A DNA stretch of 64,000 bases from Schizosaccharomyces osmophilus (taxonomy: Eukaryota): the NCBI RefSeq assembly GCF_027921745.1, contig NC_079238.1, positions 2,790,001 through 2,854,000 on the forward strand. The letters run 5' to 3'. Every line of letters begins with the position of its first letter. Position 1 is the stretch's first letter. The notes under the pieces are model-generated. The model was not told the origin of the DNA and did no database searches. It worked only from the letters and a program-made list of their open reading frames with translations. Positions 44,455-55,274 of this stretch are shown one piece after another. Position numbers and translations under genes: made by a program.

Positions 44455-46470
44455 ATGAAAAATTTAATTCGCCATAAGTTATGCACTTTATATAGAAAAA
44501 CCCCAATCACAATGTTGGGCCATACTTTACCCTGCAAAGTTGGAACATTTGTGCAATCGCGATGGGTTAGTCAACAAACGGCGCGAAGAAAAGAAAACAG
44601 GAATACAAATCGTATTTCTTTGAACGTGATAAGTTCTGTAGCCGCTGACAATCTGATCGCTCCTTTGTTGTGTGTTACCCTAGATGATAGAAAGTACCTA
44701 ATAGGAAACATGGGGGAATTGATGCAATTGAAGTTTCGAAACCACCCACTCAATTATGGAGGGAAAATATTGCGGTCGTTCATGATGCCTGGAAGTGGCC
44801 AAAAGTACAACCCATGGAGCGCGACTGCTGGCCTTCTAGGTTATGTACAGTCCAGCGAAATAGACACCGTGTTGGATGTGTATGCTCCTTCTAGCATAAC
44901 CTCACTTATTGCTAATTCCAGGAACTTAACTTCAGGCAGTAGCCTAAAATTGAACGTTATACCCTTTCAAGACAAGTTCTCGGAGGATCATGAAAGCTTT
45001 GAGTTTCGCGAAAAGAATTTTTGTACTATAAAAGGAGAAATGTTCCCTTTGTGGTCATACTTGTCTTTCATGACCGTGCCCATCCATGGCACTTTTGATG
45101 CTGTGAAGGCAAAACTCTTAGGTGTCCCTTTCGGAAAGGCTAATGGCTTACTATGCGAAGGGAAATCAGTCTTAGCTAATGACAAAAAAACATGGGTGCA
45201 CCCGGAACAGGTACTGGGTCCTACAAAACCGGCTCAAGGGTTTGTTGTTCTCGGTTGTAGTAGTCCTGCGGCCATAAAAGATCTTTTGCAGTATGTGAAT
45301 GCCTGGGAACACGATATCCCTTCTTGCATTATTCATGTTCTTGATGAAGGAGTTTGGGGCAATGATTACTTAAAGTTTTTGGAGCACCCAATAATGCGAC
45401 ATTCTAAGCATATAATATCGTGTGTAGAGCTTGGAAAAGACACCCCAACATTCAAAAGAAGTAAATCTGTTAATGTGCTGCCTAGTTGCCATGGGTTCTT
45501 GTCAGCTAGCCTTTCGATTCCTCGTAGTCTTCCTGAAAATGTTTTTATACTGGAAGAGGGTTTGAGTTTAGAATTATCGGAACAAAAATGCTTGGTAAAT
45601 AGTGAGCCTACGGAGAATGCCATAGTAGAAACTCACTCTTCTAATGCATTACCGTCTCCTTCCGAAGGTTATGTAGTGGATATTTTGGGGACGAGTGCAA
45701 CGGCTCCAACACTGTATCGGAGCTTAAGCTGCTATTTGATAAATGTGGACAACAGTTTCGTTTTACTAGACTGCGGTGAGGGATCATATTCTCAGCTGAT
45801 ACGGCAATACGGAACTAACATTGACTCTGTATTGAAGCAACTCCGTTTAATTTTTGTTTCCCATATGCATGCTGACCACTGGCTAGGGCTTGTGAATATT
45901 CTCTTAGCCTGGAATAATAGTACTTGTGGTTCAGACTCTAAAATTACCATCGTTTGCCCCCGGTCGCTCCGCTTTTGGGTGTCGAGGGTTTGTGATTCTA
46001 CCAAACTTTCTCAAATTGTGGAACGCATTCGCTTTGTTGATGCTTCCACTGTGCACATGGGAAACAAATACTTCTTGTCACAGGATTTATCTTTATACAC
46101 AGTCCCCTCTATTCATATATATGATTCCCACTCTGTTGTTTTATCTCATAGAAGCAGTGGGAAACTGGTTTATAGTTCTGATACCCGCCCAAATATGAAG
46201 CTAGCGAAGGCAGGGAAAAATGCAGCCGTTTTATTGCATGAAGCCACGTTTGAAGATGATTTACATGAGGAAGCTGTCAATAGATACCATTCGACCATCT
46301 CGGAGGCATTGATGGTTGCGAAGAGAATGCAAGCAAAACAACTAATACTAACACATTTTAGTACTCGTTCTATGGATATTTCTTCTAGTGGTCCTAATTG
46401 GTCTATTTATCCCAAACACAAAACCATTCATGCTCGAGACGGGATGCGTTGGAAGCAATCTACATCTTGA
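44455..46470 (+). CDS. trz2: Mitochondrial tRNase Z (long form) Trz2
   Basis: Presequence, GP exosite (LGVPFGK), LLDCGEG, SHMHADH, YSSDTRP, HEATF, HST, LTHFS motifs; start codon uncertain. Confidence 0.88.
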   Translation: MKNLIRHKLCTLYRKTPITMLGHTLPCKVGTFVQSRWVSQQTARRKENRNTNRISLNVISSVAADNLIAPLLCVTLDDRKYLIGNMGELMQLKFRNHPLNYGGKILRSFMMPGSGQKYNPWSATAGLLGYVQSSEIDTVLDVYAPSSITSLIANSRNLTSGSSLKLNVIPFQDKFSEDHESFEFREKNFCTIKGEMFPLWSYLSFMTVPIHGTFDAVKAKLLGVPFGKANGLLCEGKSVLANDKKTWVHPEQVLGPTKPAQGFVVLGCSSPAAIKDLLQYVNAWEHDIPSCIIHVLDEGVWGNDYLKFLEHPIMRHSKHIISCVELGKDTPTFKRSKSVNVLPSCHGFLSASLSIPRSLPENVFILEEGLSLELSEQKCLVNSEPTENAIVETHSSNALPSPSEGYVVDILGTSATAPTLYRSLSCYLINVDNSFVLLDCGEGSYSQLIRQYGTNIDSVLKQLRLIFVSHMHADHWLGLVNILLAWNNSTCGSDSKITIVCPRSLRFWVSRVCDSTKLSQIVERIRFVDASTVHMGNKYFLSQDLSLYTVPSIHIYDSHSVVLSHRSSGKLVYSSDTRPNMKLAKAGKNAAVLLHEATFEDDLHEEAVNRYHSTISEALMVAKRMQAKQLILTHFSTRSMDISSSGPNWSIYPKHKTIHARDGMRWKQSTS

Positions 46471-47450
46471 TCTGATTATAAAAAACTTTATTTCTTGAAT
46501 CACAGCGGTAGAAGTCTAATAATTTCCCCAAAATTTCCTAAAATGGAGTTGTTTTGCCGTCACTGCTTTGCTGCACTTCATGTATGACACATGGATGATG
46601 CTAAACTGAACATACACTGACTTGGTTCTTTTGTAAAAGCTTGACAGGGAAAGCAAGTGTTTTACCTTACAATTACACACTGTTTTACGCTCGTTTTATA
46701 TCACAAAAAACTGAGACTATGAAGACACGTGTACGATACGTCGACATGCTGCATACCTAATCATTTGGAAGACACCCGACAAACATAATTCCACAAAACT
46801 TCGCTATTTAACTGTTCACTAGCCTAATGGGAATGAATACAAGGAGAGTCATTCCCGTACATAGTCCAACTTTGAAATAATGAAAATCAGTAAATTAAGT
46901 AAAATAAGGAAAACTAGCATCTAATATTTGAAGAAAACATAAAATCATGATGTTCATGAATGTTTGTAGCAATAGAAAATACTTCATCCTGCACTTTGTA
47001 ATTTGATCAAATGGTAGTTCACACAAACGAAAACGTAGGATTGATAAATGGTTAACAAAATAACGATTTTGAAATGGAATTCAATAAGAACAAACAGAAA
47101 CAAACGAATGATGCCAAACGATGGTTTGTTTTCTAGTAGACAGAACTCTCTGCCTACTCAACTTGTTTGTCTAAGATACATGGAAAATTAAACATTTTAT
47201 TCTTATTTATTAGTTCACGTTGCGAATCAGCAATACGCTAGAAAAGACAGCATTAGGTGAACCCAATTTCAAAACTAAAAACGACCAGTTCCCAAAACAA
47301 CCAGTTCAGGAACCAGGAATAGTAGCGTAAAAGATTAATATAGACAACAGGTGATAAAAGGAACAACACTAGATAAGCATAATAACAAATTGTATTAGGC
47401 AAACATTTTGAAAATATACGTATTTACATATAAACATCTGCAGAAGCAGC

Positions 47451-48662
47451 TTAATCGTAGTTTGCATTGGAGTAGGCAAACATAGTCATACCAAGACGGG
47501 GGCTGAGAGTATGGACCCAAGACATGGAGGTGTCGGAGTTAGCGGCGGCAATCTCGAAAGTATGAGAGTGACCAGCGCGAGGGCAAGCAATGTTGGTAGA
47601 GTACTCACAGCCATAGTTGGAGCATTGGAAACGAGCAATCTCTTGGAGACGCTGGGGACCCTTGCTGGTGGTTGTTTGCTTCTTGGGGTTACCGGACATG
47701 TTGTAAACAACAAACTCGGCAGGGCCGTTGGAAGAAGAAACGTTCAAGGGGAAGAACTCGTTGTTCAAGCGGACCTCCAAGGCGCAGCTGGTATAGTAGT
47801 ATGAGGAACGACCGTAAGGAAAGTCGAAGGTTTGCAAGACGGATTGGTTCTGGCCATCAGCAGTAGTAACGTGGGGAGTGGTGAAACGTTGCATACGCTT
47901 GTCGGGTGCCTTGTAGTTGTAGTTGTAGATACCGTGAGGCTGAAGACGCTGAGACTTGGGAGGAATGTCAGCAGAGCGGTTAGAGTAGTATTGCTCGGAG
48001 GAAATAGAGGTGTTGGAGAGACCGGTGTATTGTGCGCGGTAGTCAGAGAGGTTGTAGGCAACGGAGTCGATGTCTTCACAGTCAATGCTACGGCCAGCAC
48101 CAACGAAAACTTGAGTACCGCAGTGCATGAAACCCTTACCGGAACGCTTCAAAACATAACCGAAAGGATCCAACTTACCACATTGCTTAGTGGCGGCAAA
48201 ATTGTTGGCAGGCTTGCGTTGAGTCAAGTCAACACGGTGGCTACCATCGTCATGTTGCTTCTTCTTGTAGTCGGTATGGTTGGTGAATTGGATTTCTTGG
48301 TTGTGACCAATGAAAGCAAACTTGTTGCTGTCGGAAGCAAGACGCAAGAAAGATTCCTCGTCAATCATAAAGACAGAGGGATCGACGGCATCGTCCCAAG
48401 GACGGAGGTAGGTCTTTCCGGTGGTGGGAGAGACGTGCCAGACAGTGTAGTCGTAGCCACTCTTCTCACGGAAAGAGAGAATACCAAAGGTGTGGTTAAT
48501 ACCGGCACCGGTGTGGAGGTCAGGAGACTTGTAGGGCTTAGCAGGCTGCGCGTTCGTAGGGACAACACGCTTGGAAAGACCTTCGGCGGGGGCAGCAGAG
48601 CCGCTGGAGACCAAAAGGGAGGCAGAAGCGACCAAAGCAAAGAAAGAGTTAAAAAGTTGCAT
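47451..48662 (-). CDS. but2: Secreted But2-family protein
   Basis: Signal peptide plus KR site, Cys-containing C-terminal But2-like domain, strong high-expression codon bias; synteny. Confidence 0.75.
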   Translation of the reverse strand: MQLFNSFFALVASASLLVSSGSAAPAEGLSKRVVPTNAQPAKPYKSPDLHTGAGINHTFGILSFREKSGYDYTVWHVSPTTGKTYLRPWDDAVDPSVFMIDEESFLRLASDSNKFAFIGHNQEIQFTNHTDYKKKQHDDGSHRVDLTQRKPANNFAATKQCGKLDPFGYVLKRSGKGFMHCGTQVFVGAGRSIDCEDIDSVAYNLSDYRAQYTGLSNTSISSEQYYSNRSADIPPKSQRLQPHGIYNYNYKAPDKRMQRFTTPHVTTADGQNQSVLQTFDFPYGRSSYYYTSCALEVRLNNEFFPLNVSSSNGPAEFVVYNMSGNPKKQTTTSKGPQRLQEIARFQCSNYGCEYSTNIACPRAGHSHTFEIAAANSDTSMSWVHTLSPRLGMTMFAYSNANYD

Positions 48663-49394
48663 GATGATGAAACAAAAAAGAACAACTAGTAATCCGATGG
48701 AAATGTGAAAACTATCTAAATAGATGGCAAAGATAAGGAAGACAAAAAATAGCTTGTACTAATTTTTAAAAGAAGATAACAAGCAAGTTCTAGGACCTTT
48801 TTCTGATTTTCAAAGAAAACGAGAGAATACCAAGATCAACAGGGATAAAGTTGATAAAGGTAAAAGTAAAAAGTAAAAAGAAGGGGAAAAAGCCTTTTTT
48901 TTAATTTTTTTTTTCTTCAGACTTGAAAATTTCCAAGAGAGATAATCAAGGTAGAAGAGAGAAGGAAAAAACAACCAAAACGAAAAAGAGAAAGACTATA
49001 CTACAACGAGATAGAGAAGGAAGCGATTCCAAATACTAGAAAAGCTACCGGAGCACTGAACCTTTCCTTATTAAAAAAAGTCAACCTCGCTATTTTGGTT
49101 TCAAAAAATCGGAAGAAAGAGGGAGGGAGCCTATATATATATCCGCTTCGTTACTTCCGTGAACGGAGGTATCGGGAGAAAAATAATAATGACAACGGCC
49201 GATCGCGTGACTGACGTAATCCGAAATTCGGCACTCGTTGGTCGGGATGGAACGAAGTGGAACGCGAATGGTTTCAAAACGGACAGACTATGGATAGTGA
49301 GAGTGGTCGACTCGGGTAGGAGAGATAGCAGAGGTGGTTAGTAGAGGGAGGAGTAATCAGTAGGGAGAGGAGTAGTCGTTTATAGAGAAAAGAG

Positions 49395-49397
<3 letters not shown>

Positions 49398-49425
<28 letters not shown>
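49398..49425. repeat. (GA)n microsatellite
   Basis: About 13 uninterrupted GA units. Confidence 0.9.
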
Positions 49426-49428
<3 letters not shown>

Positions 49429-49494
49429 GTGGGAATGGCAAGAAGCATTTTCCTATTGAATCTCCTTTTTTTTTTTTTTTTTCTTTTTTTCTTT

Positions 49495-49581
49495 CAGACT
49501 CTTCGAGTCTCTTTTCCAATAGAATGAATAGAATGAAATATCAATTCCAATGGTAAATGAAAAAGAGACTCGAAGAGTCTG
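49495..49581. repeat. Perfect 21-bp inverted repeat with 45-bp spacer
   Basis: CAGACTCTTCGAGTCTCTTTT (49495-49515) / AAAAGAGACTCGAAGAGTCTG (49561-49581). Confidence 0.95.
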
Positions 49582-50043
49582 CAACAAAAAAAAAAAAAGG
49601 TTCAACAGTTTTTGTTCACCTGATCTGTTTCATGTGATAGTCAACCTTCTTTTTGCTGGATAGGGTTGTTCGCTTCCTTGGGACAATCACTTGGGTTGGA
49701 AACCCCCTCCTTTTCCTCAAAACTCACCTCGCCATTCTCCACTCTCGAGCGTTCTCTGTCTCATTAGGGTTTCTCTAGCGCGCTGGTATTGGTGCTGTGT
49801 GGTGTGGTATTTGGAAATAAGAACGAGGTGCAAGAACCTTGTACATGTGATTTGGCGAATGGGAGAATACCGACAGATAGCAGGAATCACTTGAGAGATT
49901 TCAAGACCGAACGAGACCACGAAAAACCGGATACGGTTTAGGTGACAAGCGCCAGCTTGGAAGGAGCGTGAAGAAGTTGATTGGTGAGACAGGCAGGAAG
50001 CTTCAACCAGGCCTGGCCGGTTCAAGGTGGCAGGAAGGCTGCA

Positions 50044-50067
50044 GTAGTAGTAGTAGTAGTAGTAGTA
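50044..50067. repeat. (GTA)8 microsatellite
   Basis: Direct reading of the sequence. Confidence 0.9.
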
Positions 50068-51110
50068 TCCATGGGGAGAAAGTAAGATTCTATCTAGTAG
50101 TAGGAGAAGGGTAGTAACTAGTAGGAAAGTGGTATCAAGTAGAATAGAAATAGAAGAAATACGAAAAGAATACGTTGTAAATTAGAATAATTTGAAGAAA
50201 AAAAAGAAAACCTCTAAAATCGGCAATCCTTATTTCAGTATACACTAGATTTCATTGGAGGTGAAAATTTTTATCTCTTCTAGTGCAGTCTCAGTGTAGC
50301 TGCCGACAGTCAGTCCGTCCTACTGGGAAGAGAGATCGGAACAAGTCGCTAAACCCAAGATCAAAAGTTTTGGTCTTTTTCCCTTTGCATGGTGGTTGGA
50401 GCGACTGTTTCTGTCAAGATACAGAAAAATGGAGATTCATTGCACCATGCAAAATAAAAGAAAAAAAAAAAGAAAAAAGAAAAAAGAAAACGAAAAACGA
50501 AAAAAGACAAATATGGATTAGCAATTTCAATTGCACTTGCAATTGCACTTGCAATTCCTCGTTTTTAGTTTTTATGAATGAAGAAGAGATTGTTATTGTT
50601 TTATCTCAACGATTGCACCGATTCAAAGCAAACATCAAGTCTGTCATTGAAATAAAATACTTTATAGACTCTCACAAACGAATCTACCACGAATTCTCTT
50701 TTCCATCCATCATTACAATTCCAACCCTCTTTTTAAACTTTGCTCCATACTTCTTCTACCACACTTTTTCTCTAACCTGCCCTTCCACCTCTCTCCTTCC
50801 TTCATATTATCATACAACGATATCATACACTCAACAACGATATCACACTTCCCATCATACTAACGAGAGTTCTTTGACCTTCTCTAACGTCATCCTTGAG
50901 CCAACGCCTTTTCATCACCAGCAGCCATTTGTCTTCTTCCAAAAACCTACCGTATCGTCCGCTGATTTAGATTTTGTAAGTTTCTGTTTCTCTTTGCCAT
51001 ATCTAGTTTCGTTGGTTTTGCTTTTACTTAACCACCTGTTTTGTTTCTATTGAATTACTTTTTTCTCCCATTTCCTTTTGTAACTTTTTTGTTCATTTTC
51101 TCCTTGAATC

Positions 51111-52085
51111 ATGTCTGAACAACATTCTATGAACCCTTTTGAACACAGCTCCGTCTCTGAAAACCCCGGTTCTTCTCAAAACGCCGCTGAACAACTCATC
51201 CAGTCCTTGAACGCTGATCAACTCGCTACTTCCTCCAAACACTCCAGTTCCAGCAACGCCCCTGCCCCCTCTGGTCCTGCTCACCCCATCATCGCCGGTA
51301 GCAACATGGACAAGGACTCTCAAAACGACTCGGAACCCGCTGCTCCCCAATACTCCGAGCACGACTCTCACCCCCATTACTCTGAACAAGAGACTCCCGT
51401 CCCCGCCAACGAATCCAACCACTCTTCTGGTTCTTTCTCCGCTGCCAAGCACCACTGCCCTGCCATGGCTGGCGGCAGTCCTTTCACGAACCAGTCTCAG
51501 CAAAGCGTCGACCCAGAAGTCGCTTCTGCCTTATGGCGCGTTCTCACCTGGAAAAACGTTTCATGCAGCGCTTCCACTTTGTTGAGCATCCTCGCCGTCT
51601 TCTTCATTCCCGCTTGGATTAACATTCCCCGCTTGTTCTTCCGTACCATCCGTTATGTCTTCTTGATCACTTCCATCATCGAACTAGGCGGTCTCTTTGC
51701 TTCTGGCGGCCGTCGCGGCGTCTTGTCCCCCTTCCGCACAAAATATGTCACTTGCAACACCAAGTCCGTCGACTGTTGTGTAAACTCTTTCGTCGATATC
51801 GTCAACGTCCTTCTCATCCAATTCCAACGTGTCTTGTTTGCCGAATGCCCTCTCTTGACTTTTGCCGTTGCTATCGGTGCTTTCGTCGAATACTTCCTTT
51901 CTGGTTTCCTCTCTTACAGAGGTCTCTTCATCTGGAATGTTCTCTTCGCTTTCACTCTCCCCAAATTGTATGAAATGAACGAACCTTGCATCAACCGCTT
52001 GGTTCACTCTCTTGAGCAACAAACCCACAAGCTCAAGCACGATGCTGCTTCTGCCGCCTCTTCTGCCACCTCTTCTCATCAGTAA
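51111..52085 (+). CDS. rtn1: Reticulon Rtn1/Cwl1
   Basis: Reticulon domain (VLTWKN..two long hydrophobic hairpins..AFTLPKLYE) after an S/H/P-rich N-terminus. Confidence 0.88.
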   Translation: MSEQHSMNPFEHSSVSENPGSSQNAAEQLIQSLNADQLATSSKHSSSSNAPAPSGPAHPIIAGSNMDKDSQNDSEPAAPQYSEHDSHPHYSEQETPVPANESNHSSGSFSAAKHHCPAMAGGSPFTNQSQQSVDPEVASALWRVLTWKNVSCSASTLLSILAVFFIPAWINIPRLFFRTIRYVFLITSIIELGGLFASGGRRGVLSPFRTKYVTCNTKSVDCCVNSFVDIVNVLLIQFQRVLFAECPLLTFAVAIGAFVEYFLSGFLSYRGLFIWNVLFAFTLPKLYEMNEPCINRLVHSLEQQTHKLKHDAASAASSATSSHQ

Positions 52086-52610
52086 ATAAACTATGGCTTC
52101 TACTAGTTCTTTCCAACGGAAGGAACCTCCCTTCTAGTAGAATTCTCTTTTTCCTTGTTTTTTGTCTAAAATGACTTTCGGTTCCATTCGTTTTGGTTCC
52201 CGCTTTTTGTAAAAGAAAGTCTGTTTTACATATCGACAGTTTGTCTAATTTTTTATTTTTTCGTCATTTATTCTATTTAACGAATAACTGAATGAGGGAT
52301 GCTGATGCTTTTCTGAATTGCTTGTTGTCTCATCGACAACCATGCCAATTCTATCATGGCTTTTACTTTATATATTTGATTATATGATAAATTTACTGCC
52401 TTTATAGTCGTACTTTTGTTTCCATTTGTAATTTGTTTTTTTGCTCAGTCGTCGCCATTTCCATCTCCTCCCACCAACCCAAACCTCTGTTTTTCTCCAT
52501 TTAAGTGTTCATCATAAAACAAAAATCGAGGCTTTTCCTACCACCCTCATATTCTTCTAGGAGAATTCATTCTCTATAATCGTTAAAGCAACCATAGGTG
52601 TCCTTCAACC

Positions 52611-53408
52611 ATGAGCGCAAAGAAAAGATGGGTTGTATCGTCACAAAAACATTCCTCTCCATCCGAAGAGAAAGGTTCTCTTACAAAAAATGTATTCGGA
52701 TTCCATTCCAAAAAGTCTCAAAAGTCTCCTCTACGGGAAAATATAGAAGATGTTGAAGATCAAGACGAAGAAACTCTGCTACTCTCCATACGAGAGTCCT
52801 CGGCGTCTAAGAAGCAGAAAAGAGACCAATGCCAAGATGATATTCAAGAGTTTTCATCTGAAGAAGAATCAACTTCCGTGCCTTTAGGTAGTCATGATTT
52901 TCAGTTTTCGTCAGCTACTGCAAATCCAGGTGTCCGTTCTCCCTCATCTGCTCGCTCTTCCAAAGCTTTTGCATTTCAGTCTCCAAAATCTGTGAAACGA
53001 GACCAGGCTCTTGAAAAGTCTCCTGTATCCGTACATTTAGCAAAGTTTTCCGCAGCAGCTACCGGAACACCTCCTCCCAAACCAGTTTTCGCAAATCGCT
53101 CACCTTTCTTGGATAAAAAGAAGAAAGAGTTTTCTTTACTAGATTGTACAAAAGTTCTTGAGAGCCGTTACGTGGCACGTATACAGCATCGCAATTTCCA
53201 ACAACTAAATCTCGCTTCCCACAATGTTAGAGACAAGTACGGCAACTTATTGCTAGTAGAGGAAAATACAACGCCCGATTCACGAAAAAACTATTTACTG
53301 TGCAAAAAGACACCCGTCGAACTAAATCGGTCACATTTGCTTTCCTTGCCTCCTCCCGTGTATAGTAACCAGTATGATTGCATCGATGTTTCTTTAATAC
53401 CTTGTTGA
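52611..53408 (+). CDS. Uncharacterised lineage-specific S/K-rich protein
   Basis: 265-aa ORF with ATG in good context and many SP sites; no domain recognised; 3' end may be spliced. Confidence 0.65.
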   Translation: MSAKKRWVVSSQKHSSPSEEKGSLTKNVFGFHSKKSQKSPLRENIEDVEDQDEETLLLSIRESSASKKQKRDQCQDDIQEFSSEEESTSVPLGSHDFQFSSATANPGVRSPSSARSSKAFAFQSPKSVKRDQALEKSPVSVHLAKFSAAATGTPPPKPVFANRSPFLDKKKKEFSLLDCTKVLESRYVARIQHRNFQQLNLASHNVRDKYGNLLLVEENTTPDSRKNYLLCKKTPVELNRSHLLSLPPPVYSNQYDCIDVSLIPC

Positions 53409-53801
53409 ATTTACCATCCATACCATAGATTTTTTGGGTAGCTCTGTTCAATCCTTAGTTAGCATCCTACTACCGCCAAAGAATCCTCCTTTTGCACTTA
53501 TATTTATTCATGAATACCTTAATGATATCTGTTTCCTTTTTACTATTTGTCTAAAGCATCTTTATATTGTCACAAAAATCCTCCGAATTAGTTTTATCTT
53601 CATGCTCAATCCTTCCATAAATCTTCCTTTTTTTTTCCTATTTTTTTCTACTTCTTTGAAATTGAATTGAATTGACTTCACATTTCTACCTTTTTCATCT
53701 TGCCAGAAGCAGACAGAACTGAAAGCTCTTAAATCTACACCATAACCTACGGTACTTTCAGAGCTCTCTGTTTTGCTCAAATCTCTCTTTAATCATAGGG
53801 A

Positions 53802-55141
53802 ATGAGTACTTTGGAAGCTATTTATTTAATTGATATCTATGGGTAGTAACAGTTCTCTTTATTTTACTAAATCTAACGAATTTTGACAGATCGGTCCTGC
53901 TTCAAATTGAATCCAGAGGCAGAATATCGCCAGTGACTTCAGAGTTTATAAAAAGTGAAATATCAAAATGCAAGTTAAGAAACGAAGAACCCCCTTTTAT
54001 CATCTATCACATGAATTACCTGATATTTCAACAATTGCAAGATGATGTTCGAATATGTATACCAGTAACCTGCGACACAGAACCTCTTTACATACACGAT
54101 GTGATGAAACTGATTATAGAAATAATAAAGACTTACTTTGGAAGCTTTCAGTCATCCGTAATTGAAAAAAATACCTCTTTAATCGCACAGCTTTTGACGG
54201 AGATGATTGATTATGGATACGCGATAAATATGGAGCCTAATACTTTGCAAGACATTATCCCTACTCCAAGTTTGATGAAAAAATTTATGGAAGTTACTGG
54301 TCTTCAATCTAATACACCTAGTATCCATAAAAATACAGTTCCCTGGCGAACCTCCAAAGCCAACTATACTAATAATGAGTTTTTTGTCCGTATTATTGAA
54401 CGTGTATTTGCCGTATATGAGGGAAATAATCAGCTTGCGTTTGGAACTCTGAAAGTTGACGTTGAGTGTAAAAGTCAAATGTCTGGAATACCTGAGCTTT
54501 TACTGTATCTGACGCCTGGATCGATTATGGAGAATGCAAAGTTCCATAATTGTATTGATGTAAAACGATGGAAAGACCGTCCTTTGCAGTTGCAGTTCAT
54601 ACCGCCAGAAGGAAAATTCATTCTTGCATCGTTTCAGGCTAATTTATCCAAACAAAAACCTTTACCTCTTAATGTAGAGGCCAAAAATATGACTGATGGA
54701 AATTTTGAGATTCGTATACGAAACACAGGAAAAAAGCCTATAGAAAATCTGGAAGTAAGGGTCCCTTTACCTGGTTCTTTAAGCAGCGTTTCCACTACCC
54801 ATGGTGACTATATATATCGCCCATCAAAGTCTGTGAACGACGAAGGCGCTGTACTAGAGTGGACTATAAAAAAAATCGAATGGACTTCACCTGCCTACGT
54901 TTTGAAGGGTACTCTAAATACGAAACAGGAATTATCTATCAGTGATATGAGTGACGGCGGTTTTGAAAAGAAAGCTCATCCTAAACTTGAGCATCTGACC
55001 CTTCATTATAAATATCCGCTTACAATCCTTTCTCATTTTAAGGTTGATTCTCTCAAAATTGTCAACCGTCCAGACATGAAGTCTTTTAAGGGCGTAAAAC
55101 ATAGTGTAATAGCACAGGATGTCTCTGTTCGCTTTAAATAA
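53802..55141 (+). CDS. apm3: AP-3 adaptor mu subunit Apm3
   Basis: EMIDYGY..MEPN, VPWR..YTNNEFFV, FHNCI, FIPPEGKF, VDSLKI..FKGVK; intron 53843-53889 (GTAGTA donor). Confidence 0.9.
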
Positions 55142-55274
55142 CTTACATAAGATATGCTTTTCATGACCGTTCTAACATGCTAGTTACTAACACACACTCT
55201 TTATTCTCATTAATTTTATTCTGACTATACTAGTACAGGTGTTTTTTCTTTTTTAAATTATTTTCAGAGAAATT

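Noticed and set aside
47832..48689. 285-aa plus-strand ORF antisense to but2 (and similar antisense ORFs over rtn1 and the PDI gene)
   Set aside because: Shadow ORFs produced by strong codon bias of the sense gene; no protein-like features
50283..51053. 256-aa ORF upstream of rtn1
   Set aside because: GTG start; translates A-runs, tandem repeats and a pyrimidine-rich leader; promoter/UTR sequence
50976..51110. Possible 5' UTR intron in rtn1 (GTAAGT at 50976)
   Set aside because: No suitably placed AG acceptor after a branch point before the ATG
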